From NCBI GenBank assembly GCA_963662275.1, contig OY759316.1, positions 3,392,001-3,456,000 of the forward strand: DNA of 64,000 bases. The letters are read 5' to 3'. The notes under the pieces are model-generated. The model did not search any database. It saw only the letters and a list, made by a program, of their open reading frames with translations, and had not been told where the DNA came from. This DNA is from Candidatus Cloacimonadales bacterium (GTDB lineage: Bacteria > Cloacimonadota > Cloacimonadia > Cloacimonadales > DAONDQ01). This document shows positions 9,247 through 19,111 of the stretch, in pieces (within the stretch, counting starts at the first letter, position 1; every line of letters starts with the position of its first letter). The position numbers and the translations under genes were made by a program.

Positions 9247-10899
9247 TTACACGGATTTGTCTTTGCTGATAACCTTCCTGCAGGTATTGATCAATTCATC
9301 AAGAGTAAAGGGTTTTGCAAGGAATGTAAAAGCCCGATTATCAAGGTTGAATATTTTTGTCCTTTCTTCAGAATATCCACTACATAGAATAATTGGGATA
9401 TTATAACCTTTTGCCTGTAATTCCTGGAGAAAATCATCTCCTGTACCATCAGGCAGGATAAAGTCACTAAGAACAAGATCGAAACCTGCTGGCTCACTCT
9501 TCAGTAAAGCACGTGCCTGTTGAAGATTGGAAGCACGAAAAACTTTATATTGATAATGAGTAAGAACTTCTGTTGCAAATTCGCCCACTTGCTCATCATC
9601 CTCGACGAACAAAATTCTTTCACCTTGACTTACATTTTCAGCAGAATCAGCATATTTACATTTTTCTTCATGAATTTCTTCCAATTGTGCCGGATAATAT
9701 ACATGGAAGGTACTTCCTTTGCCTAATTGGGTTTCTAACTTAATGAACCCCTCATTAGCACGTATCACTGAATACACAGTAGCTAATCCCAAACCAGTGC
9801 CTTCTCCCTTTTCCTTGGTAGTGAAGAACGGTTCAAATATACGGTTTTTAATCTCATCAGAAATACCGGTACCAGTATCAGATACTGAAATGCGGATAAA
9901 ATTACCCGGATAAGAATCCACTACTTGAGGAAAATCACCTTCCTGCACAATCACATTTGATGTTGAAATCCTGATCTTACCACCTTTAGGCATAGCATCC
10001 CTGGCATTAATTACCAGGTTCATAATCATTTGTTCTATTTGCGTCTCATCCGCTTTAATAGCCCAAGCCTTTTCTGCAAGTTGAAGTTCAAGCGCAATAT
10101 CTTCTCCTATCAGTCGTGATAGCATTTTATTCATATTTTCCACAATATTATTAATACTCGTAGGTTTAGTTTCAATTTCTTGCTTACGACTAAATAATAG
10201 AAGTTGCCGAGTGAGAGCAGATGCTCTTTTACCTGATGAGAGTATAATATTTAAACTTCGTTTGAGTGCATCATTTTGTTCATGAAATTGCAGCAATATC
10301 TCAGTGTGACCATTAATCACCTGGAGAATGTTATTAAAATCATGAGCTATCCCTGAAGCCAACTGCCCAATGATTTCCATCTTACGAGATTGATCGACAT
10401 GCAAACGCAATTTCTGAATTTCACTCACATCTTGCCATATTTCAAGAATATAACGACTTCCTCCAGCCTGGTTCAAGACCGGAATGGCATAGACTTGGAA
10501 ATGCTGAAGTTCTGTTCCAGATTGACTTTGATAGAAACTACTATGAATTTTATGATCAAGAACAGCAGCTACAGAGGGAGAATTTTCAAATTTATTACTA
10601 CTACTATCAATTTGGCTTAATTTCATGGAAAGGGACTGCTGACCTTTTTTTAAATATGGAAACCATGTGATCATGTTTGAATTCCAAGAAATTATCTTCA
10701 ATTCTGTGCTGATCTTAATGACGCCAATTCCTAATCCATCCAGAAGCTGATTTCTTAACATCTCCTGGATATCAAGATCTGCACTCATCTTCACATTACG
10801 TCGATAGAGAATAAAACATGCTAAAAGGAGCAGCAAGAAAACGCAAATACCCAGTAGTTGTATTAATAGTTCTCTAGTATCCATATTGAGGAATTGCAT
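9247..10899 (-). CDS. Hybrid sensor histidine kinase/response regulator (CckA-like: PAS, HisKA, HATPase, REC)
   Basis: GIAHDFNN, NLVINARDAM, DTGTG, GTGLGL, ILFVEDD. Confidence 0.92.
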   Translation of the reverse strand: MQFLNMDTRELLIQLLGICVFLLLLLACFILYRRNVKMSADLDIQEMLRNQLLDGLGIGVIKISTELKIISWNSNMITWFPYLKKGQQSLSMKLSQIDSSSNKFENSPSVAAVLDHKIHSSFYQSQSGTELQHFQVYAIPVLNQAGGSRYILEIWQDVSEIQKLRLHVDQSRKMEIIGQLASGIAHDFNNILQVINGHTEILLQFHEQNDALKRSLNIILSSGKRASALTRQLLLFSRKQEIETKPTSINNIVENMNKMLSRLIGEDIALELQLAEKAWAIKADETQIEQMIMNLVINARDAMPKGGKIRISTSNVIVQEGDFPQVVDSYPGNFIRISVSDTGTGISDEIKNRIFEPFFTTKEKGEGTGLGLATVYSVIRANEGFIKLETQLGKGSTFHVYYPAQLEEIHEEKCKYADSAENVSQGERILFVEDDEQVGEFATEVLTHYQYKVFRASNLQQARALLKSEPAGFDLVLSDFILPDGTGDDFLQELQAKGYNIPIILCSGYSEERTKIFNLDNRAFTFLAKPFTLDELINTCRKVISKDKSV

Positions 10900-11246
10900 G
10901 ACAATGCTCCTTATACAAATCTTTTGTTTGTATATATGAAAGTTACATAATCTTGTCAAAAGAATTTTTCCTTGCTATGATATCTTGTACAAAATCGAAT
11001 AAGACTAAGGTAAAATCTCCTCCTGCTGAGGCTACTGCTTTTAGTATAATCAGCATCTTTGCATTCTACTGATTAGTCTTAGATTTAGCCCCAGAAATAT
11101 GGGTCTTCTCTGCTTTGTATATTAATCCTTGACCATATTCTTATCGATGGAAATTTTCTTTTTATCTCGTTATAGATGTATGAATTCAATATCGATGGGA
11201 AGATTTCACATCCGAATTGATTCAATATTAATTTACAGGAGTCCAC

Positions 11247-12035
11247 ATGCGTAATAAGAATACTTTCCTGCTCCTGCTGATCATTCTTGTATTTGGATGT
11301 ACTAAAGAGGATAATCGCAAAGCAGATCATATAGTATCACAACCTGCGAAACAACCTGTTTATTTCATGGCAGGAAAGATAGAAGCCAGGAATAAAGTAG
11401 ATGTAACTTCGTCCTTTTCGGCAACTATTCTTCATCTAAATGCAAGGATTGGTGATCATGTTAAGAAAGGAGAGACACTGCTTTCTCTCGATCGGAAAGA
11501 AATCCAGGCTCAATTGATGAGTCTTCAGAAGTCCTATGATAATGCAAAACTGAATTTTGATAGAACAAGTAATCTCATGGAGAAAGGCTATGTTTCAGGA
11601 CAGCAGCAGGAAACATTGGAGTCACAGGTAAAACAAACAAAGGCTGCCTTAGAAGTTGCCACAATCCAAATGGAAAAAGGAACGATAGACTCTCCCATTG
11701 ATGGTATTGTCAGTGCAGTCAATGTAAATGAAGGAGAAACGCCTTCAAATAATACTGTTTTGCTTTCCATTGTCAATTCAAGTCACATCTACGTGAAAGC
11801 GTATATACCGGAAAGCTTGCTCTCCAGGATAGTGAAAGGTTTGAAAGTAGAACTCCTGATTTCTGAGAATTCAGATCATCTCTATCATGGAGTGATCTCT
11901 ATGATTGACCCTGTCATTGATTCAAAAAGCAAAACCGCGTTGGTGGAAATTGAAGCTATAGATTTTGATCAATACGTTAAACTGGGTATGATGGTACTTG
12001 TCGGTACTGTAAGCAATAGGAGTAAGGATCAATGA
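11247..12035 (+). CDS. Efflux periplasmic adaptor (membrane fusion protein), lipoprotein
   Basis: VFGC lipobox, GDHVKKGETL and IDSPIDGIV lipoyl halves. Confidence 0.85.
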   Translation: MRNKNTFLLLLIILVFGCTKEDNRKADHIVSQPAKQPVYFMAGKIEARNKVDVTSSFSATILHLNARIGDHVKKGETLLSLDRKEIQAQLMSLQKSYDNAKLNFDRTSNLMEKGYVSGQQQETLESQVKQTKAALEVATIQMEKGTIDSPIDGIVSAVNVNEGETPSNNTVLLSIVNSSHIYVKAYIPESLLSRIVKGLKVELLISENSDHLYHGVISMIDPVIDSKSKTALVEIEAIDFDQYVKLGMMVLVGTVSNRSKDQ

Positions 12036-12685
12036 AGGAAAATCGTAAACAGGTAATCTTTGTCATTCTTGTTGTCATGCTGGTGGCAATTATTGGTGTC
12101 GTGATATACTACTGGTACAATAATTCTTATTATATTTCCACTGATGATGCGAAAGTCGCAGGTACATTGGTCAAGATCAGTCCCAGTGCAACAGGTAAGA
12201 TAGTCGATCTTTTCTTTGAGGAAGGTGATTATGTGGAACAGAATCAGATATTGGGAAGATTGGATGTCTTGAACCTGCAAGATCAAAATATCGAACAATC
12301 ACTCGTCAGGTCGCCGATTAGTGGGGTTATCCTTAAGAAAAGCTGTACGGTGGGTGAGATCATCTCAACAGGGCAAATCCTGGCTTATATGACTGATCCG
12401 AAGAAGTTTTATGTGTTAGCGAATATCGAAGAGACAAAGCTAAAAAAACTTCATACAGGTCAGTATGTGAATATCAGGATTGATCAATACAAGGGCAAGA
12501 AACTGACAGGTTACGTGAATAGTGTCGGAGATGCTGCAAACTCTGTTTTTTCTCTCTTACCATCCTCTTCAGGTGCCAGTTTTACGAAGACAGTTCAGAA
12601 GATACCGGTGCATATCAATATTGATCCAAATCAGCTTGAATTGGTCAATGGAACGAATGCTTACGTAAAAATTCATATCCGCTAA
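12032..12685 (+). CDS. HlyD/EmrA-family secretion protein
   Basis: N-terminal TM; STDDAKV, FSLLP...FTKTVQKIPV. Confidence 0.85.
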   Translation: MKENRKQVIFVILVVMLVAIIGVVIYYWYNNSYYISTDDAKVAGTLVKISPSATGKIVDLFFEEGDYVEQNQILGRLDVLNLQDQNIEQSLVRSPISGVILKKSCTVGEIISTGQILAYMTDPKKFYVLANIEETKLKKLHTGQYVNIRIDQYKGKKLTGYVNSVGDAANSVFSLLPSSSGASFTKTVQKIPVHINIDPNQLELVNGTNAYVKIHIR

Positions 12686-12704
12686 CTGCATAACCGGATC
12701 CGGA

Positions 12705-14318
12705 ATGTTATCCAAAAAAGTTATCTCCGCAGCGAAAGGTGATTCCTTCTATATGTGGACTGCTATGTCCGTTGTCATCATCGGTACATTCATGGCGATA
12801 TTGGATAGCGCTATCGTGAACACCGCTATTCCGAAAATGATGGCTGTATTCGAAGTATCCGTAGATAAGGCTCGTTGGATCATCACCAGCTATACACTAA
12901 CATTAGGAGCCGTGATTCCTTTAACCGGTTACCTGGTAGACCGATTCAGCTCTAAAAAAGTATACATCTTTGCCCTGGCTGCTTTTACTTTAGGATCAAT
13001 GTTATGCGGTTTATCCTGGAGCAATTCCTCCATGATAGTATTCCGCATTATCCAAGGCTTGGGCGGTGGTATTATCATGCCGGTCAGCATGGTCATTCTT
13101 TATGAAGTAGTCCCAATGAATAAAAGAGGTATGGCACTTGGCTTATGGGGTATTGCAGCAATGGCAGCTCCAACGATCGGACCAACCTTAAGCGGTTACA
13201 TCATCGATTACCTGGATTGGCGGTTGATCTTTACAATCAACATTCCCATCGGTGTCCTGGGCGTAATCATGTCTTCTGTCCTGTTGAGAGAAAACCCGAA
13301 GAAAACAGGTAAACAATTCGATATTATCGGCTTTCTCAGTTCCACAGTCGGAATTGTCTTCTGTCTCTATCTACTCGGCGAAAGCTCTTCCCTGGATTGG
13401 AAGGATATCAAAAACATATTAATGCTAATTACCGGTGTTTTTAGTTTACTTATTTTTGTTGTGAATGAACTGTCTCATCCAAACCCATTACTTGACCTTC
13501 GGCTTTTAAAGATATTTCCTTTCACTTTGAGTATTGTGATCACAAGTGTCCTGAATATGGGCTTGTTTGGTGTGATCTTCATCATGCCCTTGTTTTTACA
13601 AAGCCTGATGGGTTGCACACCCATGCAGTCAGGAATGATCATGTTTCCCAGCGCTATCGTCATGGGGATATGTATGGCTGTTGGAGGAAGGCTGTTCGAC
13701 AAGATTGGAGCCAGACCGCTGGTCATTCCGGGAAGTATTTTACTGACTATAGCCACTTATGAATTGTCTAAACTGAGCTTGGATACCTCTGTAAGCGCTA
13801 TCGTCATTCTTCTTATGCTCAGGTCGTTTGCCCTCGGCTTTACCACTATGCCGATATCCACCTATGGACTAAACGCTGTTCCTCTCCCCTTAGTTGCCAG
13901 GGCTTCAGCTCTCTCAAACACAATACGGCAAGTCTCAAGTTCTTTGAGTGTTACTGTTCTCACTGCGATCATGCTGCATACACAGAATGCCAAATATGCT
14001 CTATATGCAGCGGATTCCACTACCTTTAATCCGGCAACGACTTCATATCTGACTTACTTTCAGAATATTTTCATGCAAAACGGCTTAACTCAGGGAAATG
14101 CTTCTGCAGCATCACAAACTATGCTTTTCAGTACGATACAGCGTCAGACTTTTATGGATAGCATCACTGCCACACTTGTTGCTTCCACCATCTTTGCATT
14201 GGTAGCAATTCCCATGGTATTCCTGATTAAAGGCAAGAAACAAGCGGATTTAGCACAGCCAAAACATGTGCCTATGGCAGCAAATCTGGAAAGTATTAAT
14301 ATGGAAGACAATGCATAG
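12705..14318 (+). CDS. DHA2 EmrB/QacA multidrug MFS transporter
   Basis: FMAILDSAIVNTA, APTIGPTLSG, WRLIFTINIPIG. Confidence 0.92.
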   Translation: MLSKKVISAAKGDSFYMWTAMSVVIIGTFMAILDSAIVNTAIPKMMAVFEVSVDKARWIITSYTLTLGAVIPLTGYLVDRFSSKKVYIFALAAFTLGSMLCGLSWSNSSMIVFRIIQGLGGGIIMPVSMVILYEVVPMNKRGMALGLWGIAAMAAPTIGPTLSGYIIDYLDWRLIFTINIPIGVLGVIMSSVLLRENPKKTGKQFDIIGFLSSTVGIVFCLYLLGESSSLDWKDIKNILMLITGVFSLLIFVVNELSHPNPLLDLRLLKIFPFTLSIVITSVLNMGLFGVIFIMPLFLQSLMGCTPMQSGMIMFPSAIVMGICMAVGGRLFDKIGARPLVIPGSILLTIATYELSKLSLDTSVSAIVILLMLRSFALGFTTMPISTYGLNAVPLPLVARASALSNTIRQVSSSLSVTVLTAIMLHTQNAKYALYAADSTTFNPATTSYLTYFQNIFMQNGLTQGNASAASQTMLFSTIQRQTFMDSITATLVASTIFALVAIPMVFLIKGKKQADLAQPKHVPMAANLESINMEDNA

Positions 14319-14326
14319 AGGGGAGA

Positions 14327-14392
14327 AGGTGCTAGGTGCTAGGGGTTAGGTGCTAGGTGTTAGGGGTTAGGTACTAGGTGCTAAGTGTTAGG
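14327..14392. repeat. Heptamer tandem repeat (AGGTGCT/AGGGGTT/AGGTGTT) x9
   Basis: Direct reading; same heptamer at 33611-33640 and 52692-52726. Confidence 0.85.
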
Positions 14393-14749
14393 TATTCCAC
14401 TTAATACAGATAAATCTCCTGTTTTCGATAATTGATACTGCACTTTTGCTTGGAAAGGAAAGGATACCCGAGTAATCCATCTATCTTCACGTGATAACCA
14501 TCTCGAAGATCTGATATATCCGAGAAGGCTGTTTTCATATCTGCAAAATCAAGTTTATTGATCTGCAAGGATTTCAAATTACCTACTGTAACTATAGTAA
14601 AACCCTTATTTGCACCGGCAAGTGTATCGACTGCTGTGCTATCCAGAAACTCTGACAGTTACTTCAGGAGGAATGCTCTTGCTTTTTGCCAGGCACATAC
14701 AAAAGACAAAAAGAAAACTAATTATGATGATAGTTTTTAGCGTTTTCAT
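14388..14749 (-). pseudogene. Retropepsin-like aspartyl protease remnant
   Basis: Signal peptide MKTLKTIII... stops after 36 codons; another frame ends ...KIDGLLGYPF; no D(T/S)G motif seen. Confidence 0.5.
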
Positions 14750-15399
14750 TTTTTCTCACTCAGTTTGAATTTGATCGGGATGTTGACTGTCATTGGATTA
14801 GATGCTTCAAATCGCCACTGCTTGATTGCCTCAACAGCGGCTAATGAAAACTTATCTGTTTTCATCTTTTCAGCATTTGCTTTCATGATTTGTTTACCAT
14901 TTTCCTGTTTATTCATTACCAGGTGCTTTGGAATAGCAGTTTTAACAGTTCCGTCCTGGTTGATTTTGACTTCCATCATAACAGATGCTTCCCAGCCTTC
15001 GATGCGATAACTCTCAGGATAGATTGGTGCTACTTGGTAAATAACTTTGGGGGACTTTGTCTGAATAAATTTATCCGACTTTTTGTTTTCATTGGTCTTC
15101 AATGGCAGAGCTTCTTTCAACTCCTTTTTTTCTCCAGGTGTCTGCTTTGCTGCACTATTCTGACAAAGCAAATCTTGAGGATTGTCAATATTTCGAAGTT
15201 CTCCATTTTGAAAAGTTAGTACTTTGATTCTACCTGGCTGGTTAATCAAACTATTCAAATTAGTATCTGATGCACTCATCTCTACCTTGGGAAGGATTAT
15301 AGAATCCGGTTGAAAGCTTTGGCTGTAAGCACTCATGATGAAAAGAGTAGTCAGAATAAAGACCATAGCAAGTTTTTGCCATAAACTAAGTCTGGGCAT
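14746..15399 (-). CDS. TonB C-terminal domain protein (remaining 3' part of a BlaR1/M56-TonB fusion)
   Basis: PIYPE, INQDGTV, AAVEAIKQWRF, VNIPIKFKL; upstream in-frame ...NHLKERV. Confidence 0.75.
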   Translation of the reverse strand: MPRLSLWQKLAMVFILTTLFIMSAYSQSFQPDSIILPKVEMSASDTNLNSLINQPGRIKVLTFQNGELRNIDNPQDLLCQNSAAKQTPGEKKELKEALPLKTNENKKSDKFIQTKSPKVIYQVAPIYPESYRIEGWEASVMMEVKINQDGTVKTAIPKHLVMNKQENGKQIMKANAEKMKTDKFSLAAVEAIKQWRFEASNPMTVNIPIKFKLSEKK

Positions 15400-15504
15400 G
15401 ATAATCTCCTTGAGTTTGAGTAATTGAAAAACACGTTCCTTCAGATGATTCTGTAATGATAAATGAGTTGATATTCCAAGTCAACCAGAGATGGCTTAAA
15501 TGTG

Positions 15505-15876
15505 TCAACATTGTTTTTCTTCCTGCTTTTTCAATAGCTTTTTAAGTTCCTGCACATCATCCAAAGTCAAATGCGAGGAATCGAAGAGAAAATTCACAAA
15601 TCCAGCAAAGGAACCTGAGAATGCATTCTGCACGATAGAACCGAGAGATTCTTTTATCATCTCCTCTTTTAAGACGGCAGCCCGATACAAATTGAGTGGT
15701 CCTATCTTTCTCTTTTCCAAAAGACCTTTAGCAGCCATCCGTTCCAAATATGTCTGTACTGTTGTAATTGCTTTAGAAGGAATCAAAACTGAATGAATAT
15801 CACGAGCTGTCATTTCCTCTTTCTGCCAGATGATTTCCATGATTTGCCATTCATTTTTACTCACATTACTTCTCAT
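15505..15876 (-). CDS. BlaI/MecI/CopY transcriptional repressor
   Basis: SKNEWQIMEIIW, TTVQTYLERMAAKG, FSGS. Confidence 0.92.
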   Translation of the reverse strand: MRSNVSKNEWQIMEIIWQKEEMTARDIHSVLIPSKAITTVQTYLERMAAKGLLEKRKIGPLNLYRAAVLKEEMIKESLGSIVQNAFSGSFAGFVNFLFDSSHLTLDDVQELKKLLKKQEEKQC

Positions 15877-15887
15877 ATAACCTCTCA

Positions 15888-15901
15888 ACTACATGTGTAG
15901 T
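15888..15901. promoter_or_regulatory. BlaI/CopY-type operator TACA-NN-TGTA
   Basis: ACTACATGTGTAGT just upstream of the blaI RBS; TTGACA -35 at 15924-15929 on the minus strand. Confidence 0.8.
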
Positions 15902-15957
15902 AAAGAAACGAGCGCTGTAGTTCTGTCAAGCTTTTTTTCCCTTTTTCTTTGAATACA

Positions 15958-16018
15958 GTAGAGACGCCCAACTAGGGCGTCTCCCCAACAAGGGCGTCTC
16001 CCCAACAAGGGCGTCTCT
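15958..16018 (+). repeat. GTAG-type REP with tandem duplication of its right arm
   Basis: GTAGAGACGCCC-AACTA-GGGCGTCTC followed by two more AGGGCGTCTC units. Confidence 0.65.
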
Positions 16019-16024
16019 TGATTG

Positions 16025-16245
16025 GATTTTGCCCCACTTATATCTTACTGAAGGTTACAGCGGACAGATTTCAGCTAACAGGTTCAGAAAAGTGCAGAAA
16101 TGCAGATGGAAGCCATATAGAATACACTTGGAACAAAAGAAAAAAAGAATAGGGAAACAACAAGAACAAAACAGAAACACAACCGCAGGAACGTGCGGTT
16201 CTACTGCGGTAGTCCTGCGGTGGTGCTGCGGTTCTGGTGGGGTGG
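16025..16245 (+). repeat. Copy of dispersed 11-bp-phased GCGGT element
   Basis: ACCGC 16182; GCGGT at 16195, 16206, 16217, 16228. Confidence 0.75.
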
Positions 16246-16651
16246 TTTTATTTGTGGAAATCATGACAGATAGTAAATTGAATCTGCTCTGCTTTTCGTG
16301 TGTTTAGTGTGTTTCGTGGTTTAAGTCTGCTCTTTCTTCCCCTGTTCGCTGTTCGCTGTCCGCTGTCCGCTGTTCGCTATTCGCTTCTGAAATGGGAGAG
16401 TTTGATTCCATGACAATGTAACATACATTGGCAATGTGTTGTAACCGGTAATGGTATTGCCGGATAATGCTTGAATCGGAGAATGGCAATCCCCACGTGC
16501 AACAGAGTGCCACTCTATGTTACGACCCGAGGTTGCAAACCATCGGGGAAAACATGATACAATCATATGTTACAATGCAAATCCTGCAGGGATGAAAGAT
16601 GATCAGCCCATAGCGTGAGCTATGGGAAACCGATTACCACCCACCTTCAGA

Positions 16652-18545
16652 GGAGGTGTCCCGTAACTAGCATTAATCTATTTGCTTATTTTGTAAAATA
16701 TATGATTGTTTTTAGATGTACACTAAATTACTCAATAGTTTCCGAAAAGCGATGCAAAGACAAGGAAAATGGAGTAATATTTACCTAATTCATGTTTGAA
16801 TTCTGGTAGGAAGAGTCTTCATTAGGCTTTTCCTTCAGTATTTTGTAAGTGTAGAAACATTTTCCCTATATTATGTCCTAAAAAGAGGAGGGATAACTGT
16901 TCCTTGCATTTTCTCAATGAACGGACAGTAAATCTCTCAAACTTCCTGTTCCACTTCATGAAAGCAAATACAGCCTCCGGTTCGATGCCTCTTTGCTTTC
17001 TCAGCTTGTCGCCTTTTTCAGAAAGCAGATTATTGACGGTCTGACGTTTTAGGGGAGCTATATGAGGATCGTAGGTCAGCAATTTATGAGTTTTATCCTT
17101 GTAGGGAATACACTTTTTATTGTGAGGACATTCTATGCAGTCATTACATATATAGGTTTTCACGATTCGTTTCGGACCGTTCTTCTCTGTCTCTTCTTCC
17201 TTGATTTTGACCAGTCTCCGATTAAATTGACAGCCCCACTCATCATGCTCCTCATCATAGCTAAAGCCTGTCAGAAGAGAGTCCCGATAATCTCTCTTAT
17301 AATCCTGGGTCTTGAGATAGCTTGTTATCTCTTTTTCAGCAGCATAATTCAAATTCAGCGCAGTGCCATAGGCAGCATCTCCAACAACGTCGGTAGGATA
17401 TTGTCCCAATTCATCATGCATTTGCTCCATGAGATTGGGAAATTCAACGGTTTCTTTAGGGATATTGAATAAGTGAATGCCTGTGACAAATTGCTCTGAA
17501 GTTCCGATACTGGCAACATAACCCGGTGCCAGCTGTCCATTTTTCAATCGCATAAATGTGGCATCATTATCAGTCTTGGATGTGCTGCTGCGTCCTTCTC
17601 CAATTATCTCAAGCTGTTGCTCATATTTCTCCAGCTTAGTTATATCATTGCTCTTTGATTTGGAGATTTCGCGCAAAAGAGATTTGATTTTCTTGATAGC
17701 CCGAGTATCTGACGGATGATTTTTCTGTAGTCGGGACATTGCTTCTTTCAGCTTGTTTTCTGCTGAGACCAGTCTATCTCTGATCTGTTCAGATGCGACT
17801 GTAGCAGTTTTCTCTGATTCAACCGCATGCAATTGCTCACCAAGCTCAAGAAGATCAGCGGTTCCATATTGCTGTTGCTCTTCCTGATTATATTCCTCGA
17901 TCTTTTTAAACAATCCCTCAACTCGTGTCTTGACCAGTTCCTGATAACGAAGCGCATTGCTTTTCCAGATGTAGGAATTCTTGCCGGCATTTGCGTGAAT
18001 CGTCGTCCCGTCAACAAAACAGGTGTCGAGATCAAGATATCCTAATGATGATGCTTTCAGTACTACCTGATAAAATACATCAATAAGAATATCAGAACAC
18101 TTAGTCCAGGCAAAGGTGTTGATCGTTCTGAAATCAGGTTCCTGTTCTCCTGCCAGCCAGATAAAATTGATGTTCTCCCGAACAGCCTTAGCTATCTTCC
18201 GACAGGTATAAATACCATTGATATAGGCGTATACAATGATCTTCAACATCATCTTGGGATGATAAGCAGGTGTACCTTCATCAGAGTATCTTGAGTATAG
18301 CTCAGTTAAGTCCAGTTGCTCAATGATATCGTTAACATAACGAACCATATGTTTGGGGGGTATTTTTTCGCTTATATTAAGCCCGAAAAGAGTACCCTGA
18401 TCCGGGTTGTGTTCTCTGAAATTCATAGTGTCTCTCTATACTTAGTTTTTAAAGGCAATAATACACCATAGAACAATATGTCAAGATATATAACTAATTA
18501 TTTAATAGTTGCTATTTTTCTATCATTTAGTTTCGGGACATCTCC
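16652..18545 (-). mobile_element. IS1182-family insertion sequence
   Basis: Terminal IRs GGAGGTGTCCCGTAACTA / TAGTTTCGGGACATCTCC; no clear TSD. Confidence 0.85.
16822..18426 (-). CDS. IS1182-family transposase
   Basis: YHPKMMLK, PDFRTI, VDGTTIHANA, SKTDNDATFMR, DAAYG, EPEAVF. Confidence 0.92.
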   Translation of the reverse strand: MNFREHNPDQGTLFGLNISEKIPPKHMVRYVNDIIEQLDLTELYSRYSDEGTPAYHPKMMLKIIVYAYINGIYTCRKIAKAVRENINFIWLAGEQEPDFRTINTFAWTKCSDILIDVFYQVVLKASSLGYLDLDTCFVDGTTIHANAGKNSYIWKSNALRYQELVKTRVEGLFKKIEEYNQEEQQQYGTADLLELGEQLHAVESEKTATVASEQIRDRLVSAENKLKEAMSRLQKNHPSDTRAIKKIKSLLREISKSKSNDITKLEKYEQQLEIIGEGRSSTSKTDNDATFMRLKNGQLAPGYVASIGTSEQFVTGIHLFNIPKETVEFPNLMEQMHDELGQYPTDVVGDAAYGTALNLNYAAEKEITSYLKTQDYKRDYRDSLLTGFSYDEEHDEWGCQFNRRLVKIKEEETEKNGPKRIVKTYICNDCIECPHNKKCIPYKDKTHKLLTYDPHIAPLKRQTVNNLLSEKGDKLRKQRGIEPEAVFAFMKWNRKFERFTVRSLRKCKEQLSLLFLGHNIGKMFLHLQNTEGKA

Positions 18546-18552
18546 GACACAG

Positions 18553-19056
18553 TTATGTTTGAAAAAACGTCGTTGGTATTTTTCTTCCATCCACGCTCTC
18601 TTCTATCTCATTCAAATGAGACGATCCTATTGATTTGGCCATTATCACTTCATCTGCAAGATTAGCAATTATTTCATTCCTGATTCGGGAACTAGCCTTA
18701 TCGGGACGTCTTACTTTATCTGAGAAATTGGAAATGATCAGCATTCTTCCTGAATTGAGAGCTTGTTTCCAGTTTGGGGGTATGCGCATATTTATGATAG
18801 AACGGGCAGGGAAAATGATGACTGGTGAATTTCCGCGTAGGAGTGTTAGTAAGCATTCTTTTTCAAGAGGTGATTGAAAACCACTGAGAATGGTGGCTTC
18901 GGCATCTCGTAATCTTACTATTTCATCTAATGTCTTAAGGATTACACTCGCCTGGCAGTGGTTGGAACAGAATATGGCTATTTTATGATTAGTTATTAAA
19001 TCAGGATTACCAACGTATTCGAATAAAAGCCCTTGAATTATGATTTGAGAAGGCAT
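18553..19056 (-). CDS. Short DprA/SMF-like SLOG-superfamily protein
   Basis: IAIFCS, ILSGFQSPLEK, RNEIIANLAD; lacks the SAM and wHTH domains of full DprA. Confidence 0.75.
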   Translation of the reverse strand: MPSQIIIQGLLFEYVGNPDLITNHKIAIFCSNHCQASVILKTLDEIVRLRDAEATILSGFQSPLEKECLLTLLRGNSPVIIFPARSIINMRIPPNWKQALNSGRMLIISNFSDKVRRPDKASSRIRNEIIANLADEVIMAKSIGSSHLNEIEESVDGRKIPTTFFQT

Positions 19057-19111
19057 GATTTATCCCTCCTATCCCAACTAACCAAATATGAGAACTCTTT
19101 AAAGAGAAGTC

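Noticed and set aside
10998..11110. Riboswitch upstream of the efflux operon
   Set aside because: Only a 9-bp inverted repeat (TAAGACTAA/TTAGTCTTA); no recognisable aptamer consensus
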